A stretch of DNA of 59,941 nt, filler included, from Squatina squatina (Eukaryota), in assembly GCA_031763465.1 (NCBI GenBank). It is 3 parts of 3 records of this genome, joined end to end, with 100 filler letters (N's around TTAATTAATTAA, not from the genome) between each part and the next. Parts side by side here need not be neighbours in the genome. Positions count along the whole stretch, not along the records: positions 1 to 22,920 come from JARFOE010000233.1; 2 more parts are not named here. One strand, written 5' to 3'. The position numbers were made by a program, and so were the translations under genes. This document shows positions 1 to 13,175 of the stretch, piece after piece (the first letter of the stretch is position 1; every line of letters starts with the position of its first letter). The notes below the pieces were generated by a model. That model did no database searches and was not told where the DNA came from. It worked only from the letters and a program-made list of their open reading frames with translations.

Positions 1-904
1 GTACTTAAAATTTCTAGGCTGCCATTCATTACCAGTTTGGTTTTAAGAAAATGACATCAATCAAGCAAAGAAATAGCTGTGTGTGTGGCCCACTGACTTC
101 ATTCTCTTTATGGAATACACCCACCTGAGCACTGTCCAAACTAGGTCTGTGCTTGGATTCAGGGGAACAGAAGCTGTTAGGCAAACAGGCTCAGGCAGTT
201 GCATAATGTTTAATGGATTTTAAGTGTTCTGTAGTCACCCTTTATGCTCTATTATCTTCTAACTAAATAAGCTAAGTCCGTTCAACCAGCCAGACCTACA
301 AATGCAAAGGATGTCTTGAAAAGAAAATAGCAGTACCAGGAAACAAACTGCAAGCAGTAAAATATGCATTGCCATTCAATTCTGGGAGTCTGGAAATGTT
401 TTAAGCATTCATTCATTGCAACAAGCCTACAGACTGTCAGGTTCTCGGCTCTCTACTGGCCTCTAGAGGAAATATAGAAGAAATCTTAGTCACAGTGAGG
501 TACAAAGTAATGTACCTACAACCAGGATTAATACAAATTCAGTAAAACATGTTGAGAATTTTTATCATTCATAACATTTTAAGGAACATTAATGCATATC
601 TTTAGAAATTTTTATTAAGTACCTTCAGGAATTGATTGACTCATTGTCTGCTACTTTACTCTTCCACCCACCTCTGTTGGGCTCATATTATCATATATTT
701 ATACAAAACAGACCAATTGACGGGTCAGTGTCAATGGAGGCTACAATATCAACTAGAACAGTCAGAATGAGACAGCTACTTTGAAAATATGGCAGTTATT
801 TAATTTAGTTTAGTGGTGCCGGTGGGATTTGTGACCACTTTTAGAGTTATCTGCATTTAAACACAGAACCCAATAGTAAACTATGGTAGAATTTTTCTGT
901 TACA

Positions 905-1033
905 TAAAATTTTACAGCACAGAAAAAGGCCATTCGACCCAACTGGTCCATGCCAGTGCGTATCCCTCCCACCTTACTTCATCTAACCCTATCAACATAT
1001 CCTTCTATTCTTCTCTGCCTCATGTACTTATCC
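905..1033 (-). mobile_element. CR1/HER1-type LINE 3' end fragment
   Basis: Reverse complement of the elasmobranch CR1 tail (…gaatggccttttTCTGTGCTGTAAA), the same family as 19887-20010; cut by a gap. Confidence 0.5.
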
Positions 1034-3610
1034 NNNNNNNNNNNNNNNNNNNNNNNNNNNNNNNNNNNNNNNNNNNNNNNNNNNNNNNNNNNNNNNNNNN
1101 NNNNNNNNNNNNNNNNNNNNNNNNNNNNNNNNNAACCCACATTATTCATGAAATTTTTGGTGTGGTTCAGTTTCCTTGGCAGACAAGCCAGAATTCTTTG
1201 CACTCTTAGAAAATTAGGTGATGCTGCTGGGTGAAGTCCTTTTATCTTTACAATATAGAATTTTGTTGTTTAAAAGGAAGGCTTGAAAGTTCTTTCCACA
1301 ACATTCACTTCCATCTTTCCTGAGTGTGGTTTTTGTAACATCTCACCCACAATGTCAATGTTGGTTGACATTGTATTAAAATAGAGGCTACTTTGACATC
1401 AGGCAATTAATAAAAACACTAACCATTTTAAGCAGTGCTATTGAAACACATTGGTTGCCATGCTGTGAGTGGAGCTTTAGCATGAAAGACCCCACGTGCA
1501 AACAGTCCATGAAGAGTCTGTGTGCTTCAGCTTTGCCCACACAGTGTGAAGCCACTGCAGCATTACACGGACCTCACTTGGGTTTGGCACTGGTCCAGTC
1601 TGTAAATTAATCTGTTTGGGTTGTGTTTCTAAACCACTAAAGATAATACGCTATTTAAGCTTTTTTACTGAGCCCCAGAGTTTACAAATGTTACTGTTGT
1701 TTTATTTTGATAGTTTTGATATTTTAATTTTGTTCCCATAGTATAAATTCATATATGCCTATTTCATTGTCCTGGCTGTGGCTGAATTTATGCTGCACAC
1801 TTTAGGAANNNNNNNNNNNNNNNNNNNNNNNNNNNNNNNNNNNNNNNNNNNNNNNNNNNNNNNNNNNNNNNNNNNNNNNNNNNNNNNNNNNNNNNNNNNN
1901 NNNNNNNNTCCAACTGATAGGAGACAGCCTCCAGGAGAGAATTCTATGCCTCAGGGTTTTCGTGCATTTGGTAGTCTTCTGAATTTCTTGCCATTTTTGC
2001 ATTAACATGCAACGAAAACCACTTTGCATCAATGCAAAAAAGGTAGCAAAAATGCTGCCTTCGTTTATTACATATGATTTGAATTAACGTTTTCAACTAT
2101 ATGAACTCATACAAAGTGTGTAGCTAATTTTTTTTGTATTCAAAAGACTGTAGTGTTCTTAAAAAGGATTAAAATCATTTAACTTGTCTGCCTTAGGCTA
2201 ATGTGTATCAAGAGATCATTGTACGTTCACTGGTTTGATTTTAGTCTGCTCAGGTTAATAGAGTCAACTGTGGTATTGTAACTTCCCACGAGGATTTTGA
2301 CTCATAAAATCTAACAGCGAATTTTTCCACATTGATTGGGTGGGAATTCTGCTTGCCTCAGCGGTCCATCCCTGAACCTGGCTGATAAATGCGGAATGCT
2401 CCCAACAGGAATCGTGCTTATGTCAGGGACCCTGCCCGTGGGGAGGAAGGAAAATTGCTGCCCCACTGAAGAGGAATGTAAAAATGTTTTGAAAAAAATT
2501 ACATTTCATGCAGCTGATGAGTTTAGTTGATCAGCCCACATTGCTGGGAAGAAAATGACGTGAGCCCAGAATTTGCTGCCAAAGTACACCGACTTTAATA
2601 GCGCTCACCGTTATTAATATGTAAATCATCCAATATGCAAATTGTCGCAAGGAAGAGATAGCCTGTGAATTGCAAGTCGCCACAAGTTGCGGGACGATTT
2701 GCGCCGCTCCGCCATTAGCTTTGCAGAAACACCAGCTCGCGCTCATTCTCCCCATGAGTTTCATGAAGTTGCTGCATTTGCACATTAATTGGCTGTTAAA
2801 CTTGCCAGAGAAAGTTAGGACTAGTAATTAACAGCATAAGTGCCTTTGTAATGATGAGATTTTTGTTCCTGCAGTACCGATCAATTTCTCCAGCTCAAAA
2901 AGGGAACAATTTAAGCTGTGGAATCTCATTCCTACAGCTAGTACGCGAACCAATTTTTAACTTAAAATTTCAATGTTTTAAATTTTNNNNNNNNNNNNNN
3001 NNNNNNNNNNNNNNNNNNNNNNNNNNNNNNNNNNNNNNNNNNNNNNNNNNNNNNNNNNNNNNNNNNNNNNNNNNNNNNNNNNNNNNATAGGTATACATCA
3101 GAAAATGCTTGTGCGATCGGCAGGTTCTTTGATCTTCACAGAAGTAGTCTGCAGCTTTTACAGTGCCTCAAGCATAAAATGGAGTGACATACAGGTGGAA
3201 AAAGGATTGGAAGTCACGTCAAGAACAACATTAGATTTTGTAATAAGTGACTTTCTTGGGATAAGAGCATAATCTCACTTTCAAAGAAATAATTGCTTGT
3301 TCCTAGGACCTGAGATGTGTTGCAGCTGAACTTTGTGGAAACACCACTCCAAGGCTTCAATTCCTAATATATGCAACATTCACACAAAAGAATCATGTTT
3401 CCCTAGTGAATTCTGGTGAACTGAAAAAGAGTTTTGTTTAAAAACATATATAGAAAGTACCCCAGTGTGAATCAGTACCAAGCTCCCCACAGTGAGTAAA
3501 CTAGTTAAGGTAGTGAATGGCTGAGCAACATAGACCAGGAAAGTCCCATGTTCAATCCCTAGTCTGTTCTGAGTTAATTCATCTCAGCTGGGCTGTGGTA
3601 TGGGGACATT

Positions 3611-4373
3611 GGCCTGGAATTTGTGCTCAGCAGCAAAGCAAAGGAATTCGCTGCTGGCCCCGAAGTACACGCCGCACAAGGATCTCACAATCCTTGTGTT
3701 GATAATTTTGGGTTTACCGATCTTCAATTCAATTCAACGGTAGTGAGAATTCCCTTGTTCGAACTGCTGTGATGTCAACAGCCTGTTTAAGTAGCCAGTC
3801 AAAAGGCAGAATTCTCACAGACAGCGAACAAGGAACTGAGTAAGCTCTTCAAATTCTAACTTTTTGAAATAGTTAGAGAATGCAAAAGAAAGATTGGGGC
3901 TTTCACATGGGGAAAAAGCCTGAAATAAAGATGGACAAACTTTTAAAATAAATGTAAAAATCTTTTTTGAAAAGTTTAGTAAAAAATGTAATTTTTATTA
4001 AAATGGACAAATTTCACATTGCACAAAATGATAATTAGTTTTCCAGGCACTTAACAATTGTTTAGCAGTCAATATGCTGCAAAAATCCAGTTACACTTAA
4101 TCCCTTTGGGTCTAACTTTTAGTGGGAATTTAACAGTGTATTTACTGCAGAAGAGCCGAAGTTTTCGCCAGTTTCAATAACTTGGCTGATTACACAGACT
4201 GCCGGCTGTGTGGGGCGTGATGGGCACAACGCAGCCTGTTTTGGAGCGGTCAATGACTGACCTCAACTTCAGGATTTCCGCAAGCGCCAATCCTGAAGTT
4301 GTGGTCAGTTTCTAAGGCAGGATGATGCGGAACGTTGCCAGTTCGCCGTCATCCCAACCGCAAATTCTTGGCT
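3611..4373. mobile_element. Non-autonomous DNA transposon (MITE, probably Harbinger-type)
   Basis: Imperfect terminal inverted repeats GGCCTGGAATTTG...CAAATTCTTGGCT, flanked on both sides by ATT (3-bp TSD); internal hairpin CAACTTCAGGATT...AATCCTGAAGTTG. Confidence 0.5.
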
Positions 4374-5398
4374 ATTATAAATAGGTCCTCACTTTTACTG
4401 TGGTAATTGACATGTCCATCAGAAAAAAAAGCAAAGAAGACATCTGAATTGCTGACACTTTTTCTGGGACCACTATTGTGAAAAGACTTTTCTGACACTA
4501 CCCAGTAAGGGCTAGGTTCCAACTACCATGTCGCTCCCTATTTTTTGATGCTTTATTTATAATGCAAATGTCGCCAGAGGTCAGAGTCAGAACCCTGTCC
4601 AACACCAGAGAAGTGGAGCAAGACTCCCTGGAGAAGAATATCTATCTCTGCTTCACTTGTGGAGTCAGTTTGGGCTTTGATACGTGACTTGTTCCAAAAA
4701 CTTTGCGGCAATGTGACGCTGAACTTGCAATGTGAATGCATCGTAACAGATATATAAAGGTAGCAAAATAATATGCACTAGACAATCATTAAAAGCATTT
4801 ACAGGCCATAGGATGGTGATTACCATGCACTATTTAAATTTATGTCCATTTGCAGCAATACTGGGAAGGAATGCTTGTTTAAAAAGACACGCCATGCAAA
4901 TGGCGGGAATGTGGTCACTCAAGAAGATTAATGACTGCAGTTGGAAAACATGTCATTGAAGTGTGTATACACAGCTGCTCTTCAGTATAATGTTTGTTAA
5001 AAACCTTCATAGATCAGTATATAGTGATGATTTCCAGTTAAGATAGAAAGCACTGTTAAACAGCAAAATTCAAATATAAACAAGCAATTTTCCACACTGC
5101 AAACATTTGACTGTCCAATGAAATCTGTCAAATACATTAAGAATCCCACATTGTTTGACTAATATAGTATTAAGCATGNNNNNNNNNNNNNNNNNNNNNN
5201 NNNNNNNNNNNNNNNNNNNNNNNNNNNNNNNNNNNNNNNNNNNNNNNNNNNNNNNNNNNNNNNNNNNNNNNNNNNNNNCCTCAGTTACACCTAATCCAAC
5301 AAGGCTTAACATTTAATTGTGTATTTAAAGCGATATTACTGTGGAAAAGTCCAAGTTTTCATCAGTATCACTGATTTCACTGAATACACTGACTGTCA

Positions 5399-5590
5399 GC
5401 TATGGGGGCAGGGTGGGGTGGGCAGGGGAAGGCCACTGTGCAGCCAGTGTTGGAGCAGTGAACGACTGACCACAACTTCAGGATTTCCACGTTTAGATGT
5501 GCATTCGCTACATCCTGAAATTGCTGTCAGTTTTAAAGGGGTAATAACAGGTGTTAGTTCGCTGTTATTATCCACCGCAAATTCCAGGCC
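5399..5590. mobile_element. MITE terminus, same family as 3611-4373 and 44822-45179
   Basis: Shares the ACTGACC.CAACTTCAGGATTTCC...ATCCTGAA.TTG hairpin and ends CCGCAAATTCCAGGCC. Confidence 0.5.
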
Positions 5591-8235
5591 ATTATCATTG
5601 TTCTCCATATCATGGGCTAAGGATGGGAAAAATGACCCCACCATTGAATAACCTGCCAACACTCACCGCCTAGGCACACACATGAAGAATGGCCACTTGG
5701 GCAAGGTACTGAAGGATAATGGGTTCTTGTGGAACTGTATCTCTGTATGAAGCCGCACCTTCAAGAAAAGAGAAGGGGGAGGAAATGGGTAGAAAGGAAA
5801 GAGCAGAAAAATATTAAATCATCGTTTGAAAAAAGAGTCAGAGAGGAAGGGAGAAAATTGGAAGAAATGGAAAGAAAACACNNNNNNNNNNACTAAACTA
5901 ATAGGCAGGTCGTCAAAATAGAAGCTATGATTCTCACTGCAAACACCAGCTTGTATATAACGCCATCTATGAGTTGTAAAACCTTCTTCTTTAAATAATG
6001 TATTTAAAAGTAGTACTTAGATTAAATTACCACACTCTCAGCCATCCTTCTCCATGGATTGAAATGGAACAAGACACAGGTCAGTTAAGTGTATGTAGAA
6101 TGTAAATACTGTTAATACACTTTTTTATTGTTCCAAACACACAAACATGACCATTTATTTGATGTCTTGTTAACACCATCCATGTTGTTATGACAAGTTC
6201 TAATTTCAATAAACATTAAGTAAAAGTATTTTTAACAGTGGATTATGAATTGCTTTGCTCCCCAGTGAGCTGTGGAATTTTGCTTTTACAGAATATCAAA
6301 GACTGTTGATAGAAGCCACACCTCACATTTTTTGGCATTAATATTGCTCCAAAAGGAGTGTTATGTCTTCTTGCATTTTAGTTTCNNNNNNNNNNNNNNN
6401 NNNNNNNNNNNNNNNNNNNNNNNNNNNNNNNNNNNNNNNNNNNNNNNNNNNNNNNNNNNNNNNNNNNNNNNNNNNNNNNNNNNNNTAATACCATGAATCC
6501 AAAATACAATTTGACTTATTCACTCACCATATATCAATGGCCTTCATAATATCTGTTACATACAATAATAGTGACTCACCACCAGCAACACCACAAGAGT
6601 GCATGTGCATAATTTTAGATCTTTACGTAACAATGGAGAGTGGTAAACTTCTGCGATTATTATTTCACTCTTGTTTATTTTAGATGAGCCACGAGGGTTA
6701 ATCACATAAAATTAAAAAGAAAATGCAGATACACATTGCTCTCTGACCACTGGCTGCAGTGTACTTAGTGTGGGATGTAATGGAAAAAAAAGCTTCATTT
6801 CTTAACAATGAATGTAATGGGACAATCTGCATTATTTACCCAATGAATGTATAAAGATACTGAACCAACCGCATTAAACAGAGGGTTGTGTTTTTTTTTC
6901 CTCCCTCTAGTGCACATAGTAGCTGCTTTGTTGGAACAAACTCTTATCTGGGAATGAATCCTTCTGGCCAATCTGGAATTGAGAAGTTCCAGAAAACTCC
7001 CTACTAGTCTCCACGGAAACATCTATGGGGCTGAAATTTGTACATCTGATAAAGATTGCCAATGATGCGAGAAAACCATTGTGGCCGGCTGGGGGATGGG
7101 AAACCAAGTGACTGCCCAGTTTAATGGGAGACATTGAAGCAACAGTCTTTTTCGAATGTTTTGAGAAAGATGTCATTGTGAGATGCTGTGCACAAGATAA
7201 AGTCTGTTGTTGTGCTGTCTGGACTGACCGAGGATCATTTTAGAGGATTGACTACATTTTGGCCCTGTCTGTAATGTTTTAATAAATTTGAAAATGAATG
7301 GCTTACCTTTTGTGGTAATTTACCAGTGCTCTACTGTTCTCAGTTGGATGCTACAGTTAGTTAAAAAGTTTAAATCAAAAAAAGACCCACAGTTTCATAT
7401 CTTCAATTGGCTTAATGCTACTGTGTGTTTAACTATCTGGCTACTTCTTCTACCAGACTTTACTACATAGTTGGTACTTGTTTTAAATATCCCCAGAACA
7501 TGTAGATTAAAAGCCTGCCAGGTATAACTTAGAAGTGGTGAATAACATGGGCAATAATTAGTCTGAGCATGAATCACAGTTTGAGAAATGATCTAAACCT
7601 GAAGCAAATTATTCACTTAGCATTCCTGCCAAGCTTTTCGCTCTACAACAGATCAAGAAATGACAATTGTACGCCACCCTCATTGCTAACTCTTAATGCA
7701 CTTCGAAAATCTTTTGCTANNNNNNNNNNNNNNNNNNNNNNNNNNNNNNNNNNNNNNNNNNNNNNNNNNNNNNNNNNNNNNNNNNNNNNNNNNNNNNNNN
7801 NNNNNNNNNNNNNNNNNNNCTGTGCAATTCTGGATGGGCGGCCATTTTGGGCAGTGCATGCACTAATGACGTCACAGCGCCGCGTTTAGACTAATGCTAG
7901 TGCCTAGAGCATTACGGGCTTTGCGCCCGTTTAGTGCCAGCGCTAACAGCACCCAAATTTTGCCCCCGCGTTTTAGCGCTAAAAGTGGCCTAACGCCAGT
8001 TTTGCGCCAATTTGACGCTCGAAGTTTGACCATGAATTGGCCGCCCACTGTTTTCTGTGAGCCCATCATAAGTCCCGATCCACCTCCAACTGATTGGCTG
8101 ACACAGTGGTGGCTTACACTCTGGGCAAACTGTGGTCTATAGTTGTCTAAATCAATGAAACTGGCTGCAATGCAAATATCTTTTTCCACTGCTGGATTGG
8201 TTAAACACACTTATTGTTAAATATTCATCAGATAC

Positions 8236-8505
8236 CTCTATAAATTGAAGTGTCCTGGTAGAACAAAGAGACACAGATTCAAACTAGCAAAAGCCAAATT
8301 TAGAACTGATGTCAGTAAGTCCTTCTTCACACAAGGAGTGATCAACTTATGGAATGAACTTCCAAACAGAGCAATGGAGGTGAAAACCAGGGAATTATTT
8401 AAGAAATAGATGTCGCAATGGGGATCTGTAGGTTCTTTCTGGATGGATGAACTTCTAAGATGGCTAAATGGCCTTCCTCAACTGTAATTATCTTCTGATC
8501 TTGTG
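8236..8505 (+). mobile_element. CR1-clade LINE ORF2 C-terminus plus 3' UTR
   Basis: Translates RTKRHRFKLAKAKFRTDVSKSFFTQGVINLWNELP, the CR1 RTRGH..KL...FF..RV...WN.LP motif, followed by a CR1-type tail. Confidence 0.65.
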
Positions 8506-11500
8506 GTGTGATGGGACAGACTGATTTCCATTTGTTAGCCAGTGTAAATATCATCTAGTGGCAAAGTTCCAGGAAGGAAATATTACTGTTACAAGCCATT
8601 ATTTCATTGTTTGCTCAGGCACAAAGTCTTATGTTATTAATTTCCTCAGGGGTTGTCTCAATCAAGACTATTTTTCCCATATTTCCTTAATTTTTTTAGT
8701 ATACGCAAAGAAAAGTCTGGAAGCAATTGATCATGTGCTGAAGAGTAAAGAAGTACGATAGTTAACCTGGTTGAGACAGCTTACTTTAACACACAAGTTC
8801 AGCTTCTACACTGGGGCTCAGCCATTGCAGCCTCGTCATAATTACTCATTGCAACACCCATGAATGAAGATAACAGAATTACCACAGTAAACAGTCATTA
8901 CAAAAAAAAATTGAACAATTCAGTCATTAATGTCACAATTTAATCTGATTCTGAACTAAAACACTGACCAAGTAAACAATAAATAGCAATTATATATTTC
9001 AGTACTCAAAATTCCATGCAATAACAACTGAAAATAAAGCAGCAAAATTCCAAACATATTTAAAGGGCAAGGCAACTTTAAGGAAAGTACTGTTGTAATA
9101 TTTCCATTTACACAATCCTCTGGAGTCAAAATTTCCCCCAATACCTAGGCGCGCACCAATCCATTGGTCCTATTCCTTAGCCTATCCTAAGCAGCTTGCA
9201 GGACAACCTATCCTTGTGGGGCAGAGATGATACCAAACCTCTTACCTTCTGTGAAGCTCTGAACAGCTACNNNNNNNNNNCTGCTTCCTAACATTAGGGC
9301 CAATATGATCAGTTCGTGTTTAGACTGATCAAAAGTTGTCTTTTTAACCTTAATGTATATTAACCATCCAATGTGGATGAAATGAAGGACATAAAGGCTG
9401 CAACAAAAAGCTCAAATTGAGAAATATTTAAAAAATCTTAAAATATATCTTGTACAAATATTTGCTATTCATGGTATTGTACTTACACATACAGTTTACT
9501 TTTTAAAGAACCTGCCCAATGTAAATTGAACCTGAATAACTGCACATGGTATTTTATAATACATGTCAGTGTCACACTTACAAATAATTGATCATGCCAG
9601 ACAACATGCTCAGAGTCAAACTTATGTGTATTAATGAGTTTGTTGCTTCTACCTTTGTAAACCACAGCAGGAAAGCAGAGGGGTGGAGAGAAGAAAATGA
9701 AGAAAGTGCAAAAGTAGAAAAGGGTAACTGCAATTCCCTCTATATTCAGCTCCAGGTAGTGGAAATATTTGCTAAAATGGTTGCATATTGTGTAATGGAT
9801 CTTCGGGTTAACAATTCTAAGTTGGCCAATTAGAGCAACTAGTAAATATATTAAAATAGGGCATGGAGTAATTTTATAAGAAATCACCACCAATTTCATT
9901 ACAAATATTGTAGTCAGTAATTTCACACCATTAATATCCTTTCAAACACAATATAATTTTTTTCAAAATGCATTTACTGCAAAATTTCTTTAGAATAAAT
10001 TTCCAGATTTTCATAATAGGGAAGATAAATGTGCAGGTTTTTTAATGGTAGTTCCTGAATCTAAATGAGCAGAGGGGACAAAACTTTCTGAGAAGAGTTG
10101 CAAGTGGAGGAAAGGAGTTTATGTGCAGCTTTTAACAGATGCCAAACATTTTTCCATTATTTGTTTATTTCTGTAATTTCCAGAAAATTACAACCTTTTT
10201 TAACACATGTGGATCCAGGAAACAAAGTGGGGCTTTGCTAATTGCTGAGGAATCAGCAAAATGGGAAAAGCAGAGGAAATGCAAGGAATGGAAATCCTTC
10301 CTATTTTAGTTCATGGTTATAATGCTGCTGTCAGGAAGGGATTTCTAATTAGAAAAGTGAGTGCAGATGGCGGTCCGGAGTACACTGAGAACATTTGCTC
10401 AATGATTAGCTGAAGGTTAGACTTAGTGGGTGGGCAGCACNNNNNNNNNNNNNNNNNNNNNNNNNNNNNNNNNNNNNNNNNNNNNNNNNNNNNNNNNNNN
10501 NNNNNNNNNNNNNNNNNNNNNNNNNNNNNNNNNNNNNNNNCTGGCTCTCACTGGGCTTTCAAAGCATGGCCATTCATGGCCAACCTCAGACAGTAACCAG
10601 TTTATTTATTTAAATAACAAACATCCAGACCTGAAACAAGTGCAGCAGCAGAGGGCACATCCTGAATAGGATGAGACAGTGTCTTTACTGCCGCCCACCC
10701 ACATAGCCTCAGACATGTTTCATAGGTGACTTGCAACAAGGAAATGCCAGTATGCATTCACACATCAGCTAGAAAAAAAGTCACAAAATGGTTGTTATAC
10801 CACAGTCAGTTCCTGTTCACTGAATGTCCACAATGTTTTATTTGCTTTTGATGAATATTCACTTCAAAGGAATTCAGACTGAAATATTAGTGTGTGTTCT
10901 TTAGTAGACTAATCTTCTTTGCTTCTTTTTTGCGATCTTTTCTCCTTCTCATTAGTTAACTTCCAAGATCCATATTATCCTCTTTGTCAGGTAGACTCTG
11001 ACTATTTCCACTGCCTCTCCTTGGCCAAACCACCAAGAACTCGGCTGGAGTAGTGCGGGAAAGACATCACCTCCTTCCAGAAACATTTCCCACCTGCATC
11101 CAAGACAGGTGAAACATCCCCTCTAAGGAAATGGAAGTGTGAATAATGTTCAAGATTGGATTTGATGTCACTGTCCAGATCTCTAACATTATAAATGATG
11201 GTTCATTTTTAATTTCCATCCATATAAAAGAGTGTGTTGTAAAAAAGATCAATACTGAAGTATTAACAGACTCCAGCTTAAATAAACATGATCATTACAT
11301 GTAGCTTTAAGAGCTATAGTGTAGTAACTATCAGGCCATTCTAATTTCNNNNNNNNNNNNNNNNNNNNNNNNNNNNNNNNNNNNNNNNNNNNNNNNNNNN
11401 NNNNNNNNNNNNNNNNNNNNNNNNNNNNNNNNNNNNNNNNNNNNNNNNGTCTATAAAGTTGAGAAACTAGGACCACCTATGTTGAAAAGCACAGCCTCAC

Positions 11501-12420
11501 CCACTTTGGGCCTGTTATATTAGAGCCCCCGAAACCGTACCACAAATCTTTCCACAAAAACACACAGATTTCCCAGAATAACCCTCCTGAAATGCCTGTG
11601 GTGGCAATGGGAACGGCTGTGAGAGAAGCCAGCTTGTCAGCAGTTTTTGAAGCAGACAGGTGAAGCACAATGTTAGTTGATTTAGTAACTTATAGTTGGG
11701 TGGGCATGTATGTTTTTCTGTTTTATATGAAATTCTATTCTAGACAAGCTCCAGGCTCTGTCAACACACATCCTTACTTTAATAACCTTGGCTACAGAGC
11801 CTTATTCACACTAGCAGACTGTTGCTGATATAATGTATTAACATTAATTCACAACAATGTCACATGTATCGATTTCTGACACTAAATATTAGACCAGAAG
11901 GTTCCGTAAGTGCCCTAACAAATTTTCAAAAGCACATTATGATTCAACACTTAACCCTTTTACTAGGGTACTAGCTGCCTGATACTGTTTGGGGGAAAGN
12001 NNNNNNNNNNNNNNNNNNNNNNNNNNNNNNNNNNNNNNNNNNNNNNNNNNNNNNNNNNNNNNNNNNNNNNNNNNNNNNNNNNNNNNNNNNNNNNNNNNNT
12101 GCACAGGATAACAGTCATAACATATTCAACTTGACTATTCAGCAGAACTTTAATTGAGAGCTGGAAGCTCTTTTTAAAGCTATGCTGGTAAGGATGTCTC
12201 CACAATGCACCACAAGGTATGCTCTGGTCTTTGTGACAGAGTGACAACATTCTTACTTCAACTGAGCATCATAGATCCATCCAGCAGAACCTGTCATTGC
12301 CAGTGATTGGAAATGGAAACAGGAATACGCTTTTTTTTTTAAAAAACACAAGCAAGTGGGCAAAGATATCTGATGACAAAAAGCCACAACTAGATTATTC
12401 AGGCCCAAAGTATCTACTTT

Positions 12421-12525
12421 TTCCAGTTCTGACGAAGGGTCATCGACCTGAAACGTTAACTGTTTCTCTCTCCACCGATACTGCCTGACCGGCTGAGCAT
12501 TTCCAGCATTAAACTATTTTTATTC
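12421..12525 (+). mobile_element. Penelope-like element-derived short repeat
   Basis: CTGACGAAGGGTCATCGACCTGAAACGTTAAC...GCTGAGCATTTCCAGCA; hammerhead-bearing repeat typical of PLE pseudo-LTRs. Degenerate relatives lie near 17850-18000 and 32600-32680. Confidence 0.5.
12424..12462 (+). ncRNA. Minimal type-I hammerhead ribozyme motif
   Basis: Stem I CAGTT/AACTG; core CTGACGA (12429-35); stem II AGG(G)TC/GACCT; GAAA (12450-53); palindromic ACGT helix III; GUU cleavage triplet ending at 12457. Confidence 0.6.
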
Positions 12526-12798
12526 CAAAGTATCTACTGCTGTCCATAGATTGTATAATAATACTCAAACATAGCAAGTAATCAGTGGGGACCCATCTGT
12601 AGTAGTTATGCAGCAGTTTGGAAGCCAATCTTCACACACTTATGTTGGTAGTATGACTGGAGCAAGAATTAAAAATACAGAAAATACTGCCAAGAAACCA
12701 AGACGTGAATTTCTGTGGAGGTTCCCAATTGTTCACTGTAACTTCAGCAGAAGAACCACAGAAACGCCTGAAAACAGCATGGTGTTAGGAATCTATGT

Positions 12799-13175
12799 TA
12801 TGAGGAAAGGTTAAAAATTTGGGCATTTTATCTTTGGAAGTGGAGACTTAAGTGATTTCAAGATTAGAAGGAAACTGAAAAAAGTGACCTGACCATGGAA
12901 AATTCCTCTTTTTGGTAAAGGGTTCAAATACCAGGGGGTAGAAGTTAAAAATTGGGAAGCTAGGAGTAAAAAGGTGAAGCGAGAAAGCACATTTTCTTTA
13001 AAAGGATAATATAAAATGGTGGAATAAGTTACCAGAAAAGCTACTGAAACTGCCAGACAATGTAAATGGGTTCAAGAAACAATTAGATGTATTTCTGGAG
13101 AAAGGACTGAAGGAAGATAGTTAAGAGGGGTTTAGCAATGAGACAGGATAAGTGGTCTTTAAATTCTTGTGCTCT
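12799..13175 (+). mobile_element. Degenerate CR1 LINE 3' fragment
   Basis: YEERL..LG.LSLE..L-like start and ..GG.AG.AG..AAAATT / WN.LP-like end of CR1 ORF2, heavily decayed. Confidence 0.45.

Noticed and set aside
6528-6650. Minus-strand segment with two GTGAGT donors, reading ...MKAIDIW
   Set aside because: The resemblance to the Cys-loop receptor KAIDIW is only 6 aa and the upstream sequence does not fit.
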